A stretch of 64,000 nt of DNA from Epiperipatus broadwayi (Eukaryota; Animalia; Onychophora), in the NCBI GenBank assembly GCA_028023455.1, contig JAQFVV010000004.1:16926001-16990000 (forward strand). The letters are read 5' to 3'. Position numbers and translations under genes: made by a program. Shown here one piece after another: positions 26,454 to 37,655 of this stretch (position 1 is the first letter of the stretch; the number at the start of each line of letters is the position of its first letter). The notes under the pieces are model-generated. The model saw nothing but the letters and a program-made list of their open reading frames with translations. It did no database searches and was not told where the DNA came from.

Positions 26454-26858
26454 TTAATACACTGTATAGGCTTACATACACCTGCACATATCTAATGTGA
26501 TATATAAGGGATTCGAACTCAGACTTTCACACGACCCTCAGCTCTTCACGCCATTTCATATTATTGACCCACCTGATCATACACATGTTGAAAAGATAAA
26601 TAATCACCAATATCCGTATTTCATGCTAAACTAGCTTTAAAGTATGAAGATTGTCTATCTTAATATAAAGCTGAGCACTGATTGTATATATGTGTGGAGA
26701 TAGTAATCTGGACCAACTGATGATTGCTGGTTTAGCATGAAATACATATATTGGTGATTATTTATCTTTTCACCATGTGTATGATCAGGTGGGTCAGCTA
26801 TATGAGATAGCATGGAGAGCTGAGGGTCATGTGAAAGTCCGAGTTCAAATCCCTTATA
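26454..26858 (+). mobile_element. Non-autonomous Penelope-like element: hammerhead-containing terminus plus inverted copy
   Basis: Inverted arms 26500-26635 / 26726-26861 with a 90-nt spacer. 13-bp flanking direct repeat TATACTTTTTTAA (26441-26453, 26859-26871). Same family as 37490-37655. Confidence 0.8.
26712..26755 (+). ncRNA. Type I minimal hammerhead ribozyme motif
   Basis: ACCAA-CTGATGA-TTGCT-GGTTT-AGCAT-GAAA-TACATA-TA-TTGGT. Perfect 5-bp stem I; stem II has a non-canonical U-U closing pair; stem III ATACATAT is one base from the palindrome ATACGTAT. Confidence 0.7.
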
Positions 26859-27390
26859 TATACTTTTTTAAATATAATTTATTTAGCTTGAAAATTTTTA
26901 TTTTAGAAGATTAGTGTACAAAAAAATTAAGAATTATCAGAATAAGAATTAAATTTGAATAATAATAAAAAAATCTTACCGTGTTTTTTTTTTTTATAGC
27001 ATTTCAGACTCACGTTTAACTGGAGCCACTTAAGACATTATTTAATAAGCATTCAGACTACATTGTAATATAATATATTCAGATTCTTCAGAATAATTGA
27101 AAAGTTAAACCCCAAATAATGTTTAACACAGCTTACATCAGCACAGCACAAAATAACTATAAATAGTCAAGAATCAATAAAGTTCATAGGGGATGAAAAA
27201 ATGAAAAGTTTGTATTACGTAGAAAAGATTGAATATGCTGCAGAGTTAGAAAAAGCAGGTGATATTCAAACTGACTATCACATGTTTAACACCTCTTTTT
27301 TATGATATGTAATCAATACATAACATATAAATATTTATATAAAATTGTAATTATAAATTTATTAAACGCACATTGATTACGTAAGTAATA

Positions 27391-27570
27391 TTTACTGAGG
27401 CTATAACCTTGATAATATGCGTATAAAAGGTGATAGTAGGGACCTCTACAGGTGTTTTAACCACAAGCTTACGCTTTTCTTCCATAGCGTAAGCTTGTGG
27501 TTAAAACACCTGTAGAGGTCCCTACTATCACCTTTTATACGCATATTATCGAGGTTATAGCCTCAGTAAA
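27391..27570. repeat. Near-perfect hairpin, 85-bp arms, 10-nt loop
   Basis: 27391-27475 pairs with 27486-27570 with one G-T mismatch; loop tttcttccat. AT-only 14-bp direct repeat at 27329-27342 and 27569-27582. Confidence 0.95.
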
Positions 27571-29753
27571 ATATTTATATAATAAGAAAGAATTTTTAGT
27601 TTTAATCCTTTTTCTAATGCCATGATTATAACTTGGTTTTGAATTCTACCTTGAATAAAAAATTGGAAATTTTTTTCAGGTTTTGAACAAGCTTAGAATT
27701 TTATTTTTCCAATATCTGATTCATCATCTGACAGTTGGCAAGTTTAATGATAAATGCCTTTTCCTTCAATATTATTTATTTGATAGTTATGGGAGAGATC
27801 TTTGTCTCTGCAGTGGACTATGTATAAAGCGTGTTTATTTTTAATGAAAACAAATGTCTGTACACTTAAGTGAGAGTTTCTAAATTTAAACTTTTCAATG
27901 CTAACAAAAAGTCTAATTGAGGTGCTATTGAGGGTCTGTCTTGAGAAGAACGATACTTTTAAATGAGTTGATTATTTATATAAAAAGGGAAAAAAATGAA
28001 AAGTAAGAATTACTTTAAATATTATGAAAATGTTTTAGAATGCTCAGAAAATTAAAAGGAAAAAAATGTAGAGAAATTATCAGATTTCAATTATTTTCCT
28101 ATAAGAAATTCTCCTAAATTTTAAACTATCACTTTTGAAAAGATTTTATTGTGTAGTATTAACTTATTATATTTCAAATTTAAATATTTTTTATATTATT
28201 TTGTTTACATTTTATCTCTATTATAATAGTGTCTATTAAATTTTATGTATATGTATGACATTATTTATTAAATTATTACTGCATAATCTTTAACCTTTTT
28301 TAGACTTTTATTATTTTAAATTACTAAATAATAATAAAAAGAAATACAGGGAACATAATATATATGAATGGATTAATTTTATAGCTATTATGATGCCCCT
28401 TACACCCCAAAATCAATCTTAACTGTCTCTTGGTGCAATATTTCAACTGATGAGGCCCTACTCATAATTTGAATATATTCTAGAATTTAAAAAAAATAGT
28501 TTATTATATTTTAGAAAAATGTTTGCTAAAGAATTGGACAACTCTAATATGCCATGACGGAATCATTGCTGCTTCCTATAGAAAAGAATAAATAGAACAC
28601 AATTCCTGCAGCTATCAAAAGTTACAAAATAGTATTTGAAGAATTTTGAATAGCTAAAAGATTAAATAAGGATGAAGAATGTTTCCAATTTTATTAAGTA
28701 TGTGTGTTGAAAATATATTTAAAATAGAATACTTCATTCCAAGTTTTAGAAAAGTATAGTAGTCGGTAGAGAAATGATATATTCACTTTTTTTTTTGATA
28801 ATGTTGATGAATATGTAATTGAAATAATATTCAAGGCACTTAAATCAGAAATTTTAAATTGAAACATAAAAATTGTTATTTTTGAGAAGTGTGGTGATAA
28901 TATGAAGGTCATGGAAATTGGAAAAATGATAACAATAAGATTATAGTATATATAAATGTGACAGTTGTGATAGAGATATAACCATTGATCAAGTAAAGAT
29001 CAGTATATATACTTAATTGGCTTCTCATTTGAAAAGAAATTTATCTTAGAAACAAAACACATATCTTGAAAATAATCATAAAAAGCATTTTTACATAAGA
29101 TAGAATAAAAACAAAATCTATGTTCATTGAAAGTAGATGGAAAAGAAATGACAGGATCTGAATCAAGTGATTACAGAGCAGATGCAGCAAGAGAAATGTA
29201 TGTTGGAACATCTTTAAAAAAAATGGCAGACTTAAGGTAATCAAAATACAAGTTTTTAATTGGCCTTTTCTCAGAAGAAGAAAATATAGAAGATTCTGTA
29301 TATCATGGAAATAATGAATAATACAAACAGTAATAGATTAGAATTTGCATAATCACATGTGGAAACATCTTCCGTCTTAGCACCAGACAGTAAATGACTA
29401 CTGCTGAAAAGTGAGAAAGCTTTAAATGTGGATATATGTGTTGGTAGATAGCTAACTTGATAACAAAATACTATAATCAGATAATAATATTTAATCTCTA
29501 TTAATGATAACTTATCTTTCCTTGCCATTATCTTAAAACTAATTACTCTACTATTTCAGTATTAGCACTATATAATGAAATCCTACATGTATATATAAAC
29601 ATGATATATATTTATATATTAATATTTTCATCTTATTATATTCAATTATAATTTTAATAGTCACTCACACATATTTTTAGATGTAAATAAACAAAAAACT
29701 CTGGAATAAACTTTATAATATTCAAAATACCTTTGTAAAAAAAAAAAAAAAAT

Positions 29754-30940
29754 GCTATAGCCAGCTTATAATATGTGTTATTGTGAAGAGCATTTAACAG
29801 TTAAAATTAAAAAATAAATAAATACAGATCTTATTGAAGTCACACAACATTAACGTTCCAACATGAGTGCCCAACTTTCCATAATTTATGCATATTAACA
29901 CAATTATATTGTTTATTTTATAAATTGTCTGTCATATTTATAAAATATGATTCTTTGATTTTTTTTTTCTTTAAACCGTTTTCCATATGTAAAATAAAAT
30001 CACTGTCAAAGCAAAAACTTCCATTATAAATATCTGAATGTTCAACAAATACTAATTTAAATTTATCCACAGAATATTGCAATTTCTTACATAAAAGTTC
30101 ATGTTCATGAATGCTTTTTTTCAGTGTACATTGCGTCAACACACCACTTTATGAATAATATTGCATTTGTCGATTTTATCAACAGCATTCTTTCCATTAA
30201 TAATTAATTTAACAGTATATGGCCCAACATTAAGTGAAACATTAAAATGAGAAAAAACCAATGATATAATCATTGTATTTACTCTATTATTTACATATGG
30301 TAATGAAATCCATGTTTTCATTTCAATATTTTTCTTCCTCTATCTATGTGTAAATTTATATAGTGTAAATAAAATATCTTTTCTATTATATCCTACATTC
30401 AATAATTCATTCGCATATATTTTAATATTGGATAATTTATCATTTTGAAATATACGTAAAATATTATTTCTGAGCAAAAATGTTCTAAATCCAGCTAATT
30501 TATACATAAAAGCAAAATTTGACTTGAGATGTATATTGTCCTCAGAAGTAGCAATCCATTTCAAGCCATTGATATTATTTAATTTATTTAATCTGGCAAT
30601 AAGCATATTATCAACATATATAAAATAATCTTTAATACGCAATGGAAATTTTTATTAGTATATTCTCTTCATGATATAACACATATAACTGTGAATAACA
30701 GCTGAAAGTGGCAATCCCTTGGAATAACTTTCATTCATTTTATATAATTGATTTTCAAATGTGTCACTCAAATTTTGGTCAATAAATGTTAATAAATTTT
30801 TATCAAGCAAATGTTTAAATTTGCATACTCCTTTATTATATAAACATTGATCAATCATATTAATAAAGATAAATTTAAAAATAATTTTTATGTTCATACA
30901 GAATATTTAGATGAGCTATTAATACGGAAATATATTAAAA
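29754..30940 (-). mobile_element. Degenerate 5'-truncated Penelope-like element (RT + GIY-YIG)
   Basis: FENQLYKMNESYSKGLPLSAVI, YFIYVDN, WISLPY, KCNIIHKVV and EHE...KKIKESYFIN motifs. Confidence 0.85.
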
Positions 30941-31019
30941 AGTTTTAGTTTTTACATAATAAACAATTTCCTTAGAGGATTTATTTTGCAAAAAAAAATA
31001 AATAAATTATAATATAGTA

Positions 31020-32881
31020 AATTTAATCGATAAACCTTTGTATTTGCTTAATATTTTAGTTTTGGATAAAGGAATAAAATTTATTGGAGAATTTATTGAA
31101 AACTATAAATGTGGAAGTTACTGCAGCCACTTATGAAATGCATGATGCTAGTGAGGAAGTGATATCTAAAATATCTTCTTTTAAGCTATTTAAATATGAT
31201 GATGGTATAAGCAGATTACTTTATAAAAAGAAACATTTTTTTCCTGATAATAATGTTACATGTATTAAGGAAGATAAAGATAAAAGATTGTGTTTAATGT
31301 ATAAAGATAAATATAGAAAAAAAGTTCACCAACAATTTGAAAAATTAAAATTTATATTATTAGATATTTATTCTGTTAATATAGTGAGCATAAAGTTTAT
31401 TAATTCTATATTTAAACCTTATTCAAATAAATTGTTTAAGAGAAAATTGTATTTATTTATTTACCCATCAGCTGCTATTATGCCAAAGACTTAGTAAATT
31501 TAAAAGTACATAAAATTAATTTATCTATTAGTTTTAGGTTGGATTTTGGAGGTTGCATGTTTTATCAAGCCACAGTTTTACATCAGAAAGTTTTTGCAAA
31601 GTAAATTAGGATTTGGTAAACATATAATTTTATCTTCACTTGATTTGGTCAAAAAATTTGATAAACTGATTTAGGCTGACCAAGATAGATTATTTACCTT
31701 GGATATTACAGAATTGTATGAGTCTATAAAAAAAAAATGCATGTGATTGATAAATGTTTATATAATAAAGTAGTATGCAAATTTAAATGTTTGTTTGTTA
31801 AATATTTATTAACATTTATTGACCAAAATTTCATTGCCACAATTGAAAATAAATTGTATAAAATGAATGAAGATTAGTTCATGGAGTTGTTGGTTTTAAC
31901 CATTTGTATACAGTTATACATTGTCATATTATGAAGAGAATATCTTAAAAGAGTTTTTTCCATTAAATATTAAAGGTTATTTTAGATATACTGATGATGT
32001 TTGTTATTAGATCACTTGCTACAGTACATCTTTTAAATAAATTAAATCATATAGATGGCTTGAAGTGGACTGCTACTTTCAAGAATAGTGTACATAAAAT
32101 AAAATATCTTGATTTAACTTTATAGAGAGAATACAATATAGTAAAAAACCTATGTTAATTAGCTGATTGTACATTCCAAGTTAAATGTTTTTCTTATATA
32201 TAAATTAACTGAGTTAGAATATTTTTGTTCAGAAGTAATATTTTATATAAATTTCCAAGTGATAAATTATCCAATATTGAAATATATGGCAATGAATTAG
32301 GAAGAAAAACATCAAAGCGAAACATGGATTTCATTATCATATAGAAAAATACAGGGTATAGTACGATTACATTATTGGCTTCTTTTCATTTTAATGCTGC
32401 ATTTAATGTTGGACCAAATACTGGAGATTAATTATTAATGAAAAGATTGCTGCTGATAAAATCACAAATGTAAGATTATTTATAAAATGGTATTCCAATG
32501 TGGGTCCAATTATGGTGAGACAAAATGTGAATTGAAAAAGAGAATTTACGAACATGAACTTTTATATAATAAATTGTGATATTCTATGGATAGATTTAAA
32601 TCTATATTTTTTGAACATTCAGTTATATGTAATGGAAATTTTTGCTTTGACAATATTTTTATTTTACATGTGGAAAATGATTTGAAAAAAAGAAAAATCA
32701 AAGAGTCATATTTTATAAATGTGACATACATCTTATTTAATAAACAATATAATTGTGCTAATGTGAATAAATTATGGAAAGTTGGCCATTCATTGGGTGA
32801 CTTTAATGAGCTTAGATTTGTTTTTTTTTTTTTAATTTTAACTGTTAAATGTAATGTATTATGCTGTAAATTGACTATAGC
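31020..32881 (+). mobile_element. Degenerate near full-length Penelope-like element (RT + GIY-YIG endonuclease)
   Basis: KVHKIN, LFTLDITELYES, YFRYTDD, IKYLDL, IIYK...CGSNYGETKCELKKRIYEHE and KRKIKESYFIN motifs. The 3' part is colinear with the inverted copy at 29754-30940. Confidence 0.85.
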
Positions 32882-33405
32882 TATTATTTATTTTTTATTC
32901 CAGAATTTGGTATTTATTTTTTTGACAATACAAGCCGCTTGATGGCGTTGTCGCTAGCCAATACCACATTAATATGCCGTTTCTAAGATCATTTAAGTTA
33001 GCCTGTAAAACTGCTTTATGTGTAACCTTTAAGTGGCCTAGTAAAACCGCTAGTTTAATGCGGTTTGTGAATTTATCACAATCCTCATGTGGCTAGCATT
33101 ATATGCCTAGCGTAATACATCATAACGATGTCGTTTCATTGCTTCTGCAAACAGTTGAATTAGTACATTTTTTAAGAGTATCTGTTTTTAAATGGCAGTG
33201 TTAATTTTAAATCTGTATTTTAAATTGATTGTCTTACACATAAAGTGATGGAGAATTAGTTTGTAATAATTGTAATGAGTTTAGTTTTTTTGAAGAGAGT
33301 TACTAATGTTGAAACTTTTTTAGCAAAGGGTCTGGTGAAGCGTGATTTGTATTATATCTCGCGACTATTCATGCTCATTTTGAGGACACAGTATTGTTTG
33401 ACAAA

Positions 33406-33690
33406 ATGGCATATTCTGCCCATGACAGTGTTAAGTTTAGCCAATTGCCAACGACAGAAAAGGAGTCTGTGTTATTTTTTCATTATAAAAAAATTATACC
33501 CGATGCTCAAAAATGCATTTACAGATGAGCCATGTGGTTAAGAAAATTGCAAACCTGCACCTTCGAATGTGAGTCAACATCCTGCTATCGAAAGTGTTCT
33601 TTGCCACAACCAGATGTGTTTCAACGGCTGTTAATTAATGATTTTGAGAGTTGTTATATCACCTTTCTTGGAAATAAATTTTTTTTTGAT
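33406..33690 (+). pseudogene. Merlin transposase N-terminal Zn-ribbon remnant
   Basis: MAYSAHDSVKFSQLPTTEKESVLFFHYKKIIPDAQKCIYR*AMWLRK...FECESTSCYRKCSL, matching the recalled LP..E.E...F...I.P...C...M.L...C...C.K pattern of insect ISXO2-like transposases. Confidence 0.6.
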
Positions 33691-33696
33691 ATTAAA

Positions 33697-34610
33697 TGTT
33701 ATGTCCGCTAGTTATAATACCCGCTGGCGAACAATCTACGCAAGGAACTAACCTTGCCCTGTTTATATAGGCATACAATAATTATACTCAATAAAAACTA
33801 ATGCCAGTAGAATTAGTAAAAGAAAATTTAATTGTAATACATGTGCGGAAAGAATATATTAGTTATACATTAATATATATACATATTTACATGAATACAT
33901 TAATATAATTATATGTTTACATCAAATAAAGCCGAAGGCATATCAAAAAAATAAAAGATCGAATACGACCTATTTTTCAGTCCCTATGCTGACTTTTGGA
34001 CGTTCGGAGGCCAGCGATCTGCTCTGGAGCTACTGTGTTAAATAATCGATGTTAGTCGCCTTTCAAAGTTCATCTACATCAGTAGAGCTTCCAGTTTCAA
34101 GTGTCCAATTCTTTACACTTACACTCATTTCCCCAGTCCTGATTTTCTGGATTTGATTGGTCACATCTTGTCCATCCTGGTCAGATCAATCCCTCCCAGT
34201 TCACTAGCAGTAGCAGATTTAGACTTAAGTCTTAGTTTGATTGATTATCTTTGCAGCCTGATTACTTTTTAATTACACATCTTGTTTATCAGCAAAGTTC
34301 CTTCGTCAACTAAACTTCTCATCTAAAGGGATTTGTTTTCTTGCTGTTTTAAAAAATAACACAACTATTAAAGTTTAATATAAATTAACGAAGTATTTTT
34401 TTTACCTTCACGTATATATAACTTACATATGTATATGTGATAAATTATACACATACATACGTTTAAATATTAAATCCCCATTTACAACCTTTACTATTAT
34501 TTATATAAGGCTAGAAGTGCTTAATAAGAATTAATATTTATAACATTTACTATTATTACTTTGCGTGTATGTGTATTTTAATTATACACATACATAACAA
34601 TACTTCCCCC
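33697..34610 (-). mobile_element. ~900-bp LTR (3' LTR with PPT) nested in the Merlin element
   Basis: Termini TGTTATG...CATAACA (33697-34599); the minus strand has GGGGGAAGTAT directly before the TG. No coding region is retained. Confidence 0.65.
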
Positions 34611-35280
34611 AAGTTCGAAGATTCTTTGTTAGTCTTCGAACTTAAAATGTGTTATTCAAATGTTTGTAAATATTGAAATTAATGTTTATTTAAAGAAAAT
34701 AAAAGTTTTACTTTTTTTGTCAAAATGTTCATTTCTATTATTTCCTTTTTTTTTTTTTTTTTAATGTATTAAAGACATGTGGTTATCAAAAATTGACGGA
34801 CTATTTTTATAATGACATCTGATATTTAAAAAAAAAAAAAAATTACGCAAAAAGAAGTTGTAAAAAAAAAGTCAATCCAAAAAAAAAAAGTCAATCAACC
34901 AAAAAAGTCCTAAAAAGAAATCAATAAAAGATGTAAATTATGCAGGAACAAGAAGCAAATTACGCCCTTTTAAAAAGAAAAAATGTTATTACGACAAAAC
35001 AAGTATATAAAAAAAAATAAAGAATCACATCTGATATTTTTTTAAAAAAAGTAAATTACGAAAAAAGAAATTATAAAAAGAAGTCAATCAAAAAAAAAAG
35101 TCAATCCAAAATAAAGAAAGTAAAAAAAGTCAATCAAATATTTATTTGTAAATATTGAAATTTAATAATGTTGAAAAGGCCAGGTAATGTAATATTTATG
35201 TGTATTAAAAAGTATAAAGCGCCATCAAGCGACTTGTATAGTCAAAAAAATAATTACCCAGAATTTTTATTTATTATACT

Positions 35281-35936
35281 TACTCCAAAAACTTGAGCTG
35301 AGTCACACAACTATGAAAAGGTATTCTAATTTAATAGTACTGCGTTAACTTTCGGTGACTTCTCACCAGAACCATAGTGCAAAATTAATGAATGTATAGT
35401 GCTGGGAGCAGACTGAATATATAGTTTATAAAATATGCAAATTATTGCAGCAGGAAATGTAAATTATAAAAGTCAGATGTTCCATTATTTTGACAAACGG
35501 ATGCAAGTCTCCTTCCTGTTGATTGAGTTCAGGTCTCTTGCAAAAACCCATGCCTCCTTAAATTTTTTCTTCAACCATCCCTCTCTATTATTAAGACAAT
35601 GTCTGAAAAGAGAGAGATGATCATAAGAGAAAGTTCAAGGAGGCATAGGTTATTGCAAGAGACCTGAATTCAATCAACAGGAAGGAGATTTGCATTCCTT
35701 TGTCAAAAAAATGGAACATCTGACTTTTATAATTTACATTTCCTGTTGCAATAATTTGCATATTTTATAAACTATATATTCATTCTGCTCTCAGTGTTGT
35801 TAGTTAATTAATTTTTGCACCATGATTCTTGTGAGAAGTCGTCGAAAGTTAACTCAGGGCTCTTAAGTTAGAATATATATATTTGGTTTAAAAATACCTT
35901 TTCATAATGGCTTGACTCAGCTCATGTTTTTGGAGT
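35281..35936. repeat. Foldback/MITE-like element, ~305-bp imperfect inverted arms, ~23-nt loop
   Basis: 35281-~35586 pairs with ~35610-35936, with high identity in the inner ~200 bp. Termini TA-CTCCAAAAAC...GTTTTTGGAG-TA. Confidence 0.85.
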
Positions 35937-37489
35937 ATTTCATTAGGACATGAAAAGAATGTAAAGTTAAATAATTACATTATTATATTCATTTAAATAT
36001 ATATGTGTTAACAGAAAGATGGTTAAGCTAATAAATATAACTAAAGTTGTCTATATGTTAATTTGACAAATGTAATGGGATAGCTATCTAAAAAATACTC
36101 TTGATAAAGTTGTTGATAGGATGATTAGGCCATAGTGTTGGGCTTCTCTAATGTAATGGAAGAATGAGAATTTTCTGAGTTATTTAACATTATTATAACT
36201 AACTTTCAAGCAAGGAGTCACACTTGGTATATCAAGTGTAATGGAACTGGCCTAATTAATTCATATTTATATAAAGATGTAAATCATTATTGGTATTTTA
36301 CCAATCAATGAAAATAATTACACTTAACTCTTTTCCTAACTTTAAAGTATTTAATTATAAACATGACATTACAAACTGGATCCCCAAATTATCTGTAAGA
36401 TCAAATTGAATAGTCTGCACTACAGTATTTAGATTTTTTTCATCAGAAATTTATTTCAGAGTATTAGAAATGTTAGAACTAGGTGAAAAATAGTATTGAT
36501 AATCAGTAAAGGCCATAGTTCTGAGCACTATCTTCAGATGAAGAGTTAACTAATCAACAGCATATTTATTAAAATAAATAACAAATAATAAAACATATTG
36601 ATATAAATATTCTATATTTATTCATATATATTTGAATAAAAATAAATATTGACATAAGAGAAAAACAATTATAATTATGTTATAGGGTTTGAATAAAAAT
36701 ATCTGTCAGATATATATTTTTGATTGGTAGCAGTGGTATTTTTTCATCAATTGGGATATACTGACAAGTACTTTTATCACTCCAATTAATTTGTTTACTT
36801 TTCTAGTAATAAGGATTTACAATTAGAAGCAATCAATTAACATTGCTGATATTATTTTTTACTTGTCCAACTTCGATATCTAGATGACTGAAAGCTGAAG
36901 ACTATTCTCTGATGACTAATCTCATCATTTATAACTTGCTACCTTTTCTTGTTTACTCTGCTCTTATCTGATTAGATGTGATGAAATAAATTCTTTTATA
37001 ACTCTTTTATAATTTACTGTAATGCCAACTAATTACCAAAAAAACATTTTCCTGCAAACTCAAAACTTAATCTGCCTACCTGAGCAGGGTGTTTTTTAAA
37101 AACATCTTTGATTTTTTTATCTTTTTTTTTCAAATTTAAATTACCTATTGTTTCTATGAATAATGGGTTATTATCTAAATAATATTTGTCAATAGTTTTA
37201 ATCTTTACAGAAATTAAAAAGTATATATTTACAAGTATTTTTATATGATATTTTCATGTTATGGATGTGATAACTGAAATTCTATATTTAATTCAACAGT
37301 AAATTACAACTCTCAGATTCAGTTAGGTGCCTTTATATATATATATATTTGGCGGATTAAGTTTTTTAACTGACTAAACTTAGCTAAGAATATATATGTG
37401 ATCATAAAAAGCCCCTCTCTTGTGCACAATAATAAAGGTGGAATTTTTCAGCAACCACTATGAGCACATGCTACAAACATTATATAATT

Positions 37490-37655
37490 TATAGTCTGGA
37501 GCAACTGATGATTGCTGGTTTAGCATGAAATACATATATTGGTGATTATTTATCTTTTCAGCATATATGTGTTTAGGTGTATCAGTGTTATTAGATAGAG
37601 TGGAGAGAGGTGGGTGGTGTGAAAGTCTGTGCTCATATACCTTATATTACATATA
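37490..37655 (+). mobile_element. Second copy of the 26.5-kb hammerhead element, without the inverted arm
   Basis: CAACTGATGATTGCTGGTTTAGCATGAAATACATATATTGGTGATTATTTATCTTTTCA is identical to 26714-26772; the downstream part is more diverged. Confidence 0.8.
37500..37543 (+). ncRNA. Type I minimal hammerhead ribozyme motif
   Basis: AGCAA-CTGATGA-TTGCTGGTTTAGCAT-GAAA-TACATA-TA-TTGGT; stem I has one G-G mismatch. Confidence 0.65.

Larger units (their letters stand above)
32909..35258 (+). mobile_element. Merlin/IS1016-superfamily DNA transposon, internally disrupted
   Basis: ~39-bp TIRs starting GG (GGTA.TTATTTTTTTGAC.ATACAAG.CGCTTGATGGCG) and 8-bp TSD CAGAATTT (32901-32908, 35259-35266). Contains a transposase N-terminal remnant. 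Confidence 0.75.

Noticed and set aside
26790-26855. tRNA/SINE-like B box (GAGTTCAAATCCC)
   Set aside because: No cloverleaf or convincing A box, and the motif is absent from the 37.6-kb family copy.
28440-28470. CTGATGAGGCC
   Set aside because: No downstream GAAA or stems.
36495-36545. Minus-strand hammerhead-like CTGAAGA...GAAC TATG GCC
   Set aside because: GAAA box and UH are altered, and there is no stem I or II pairing.
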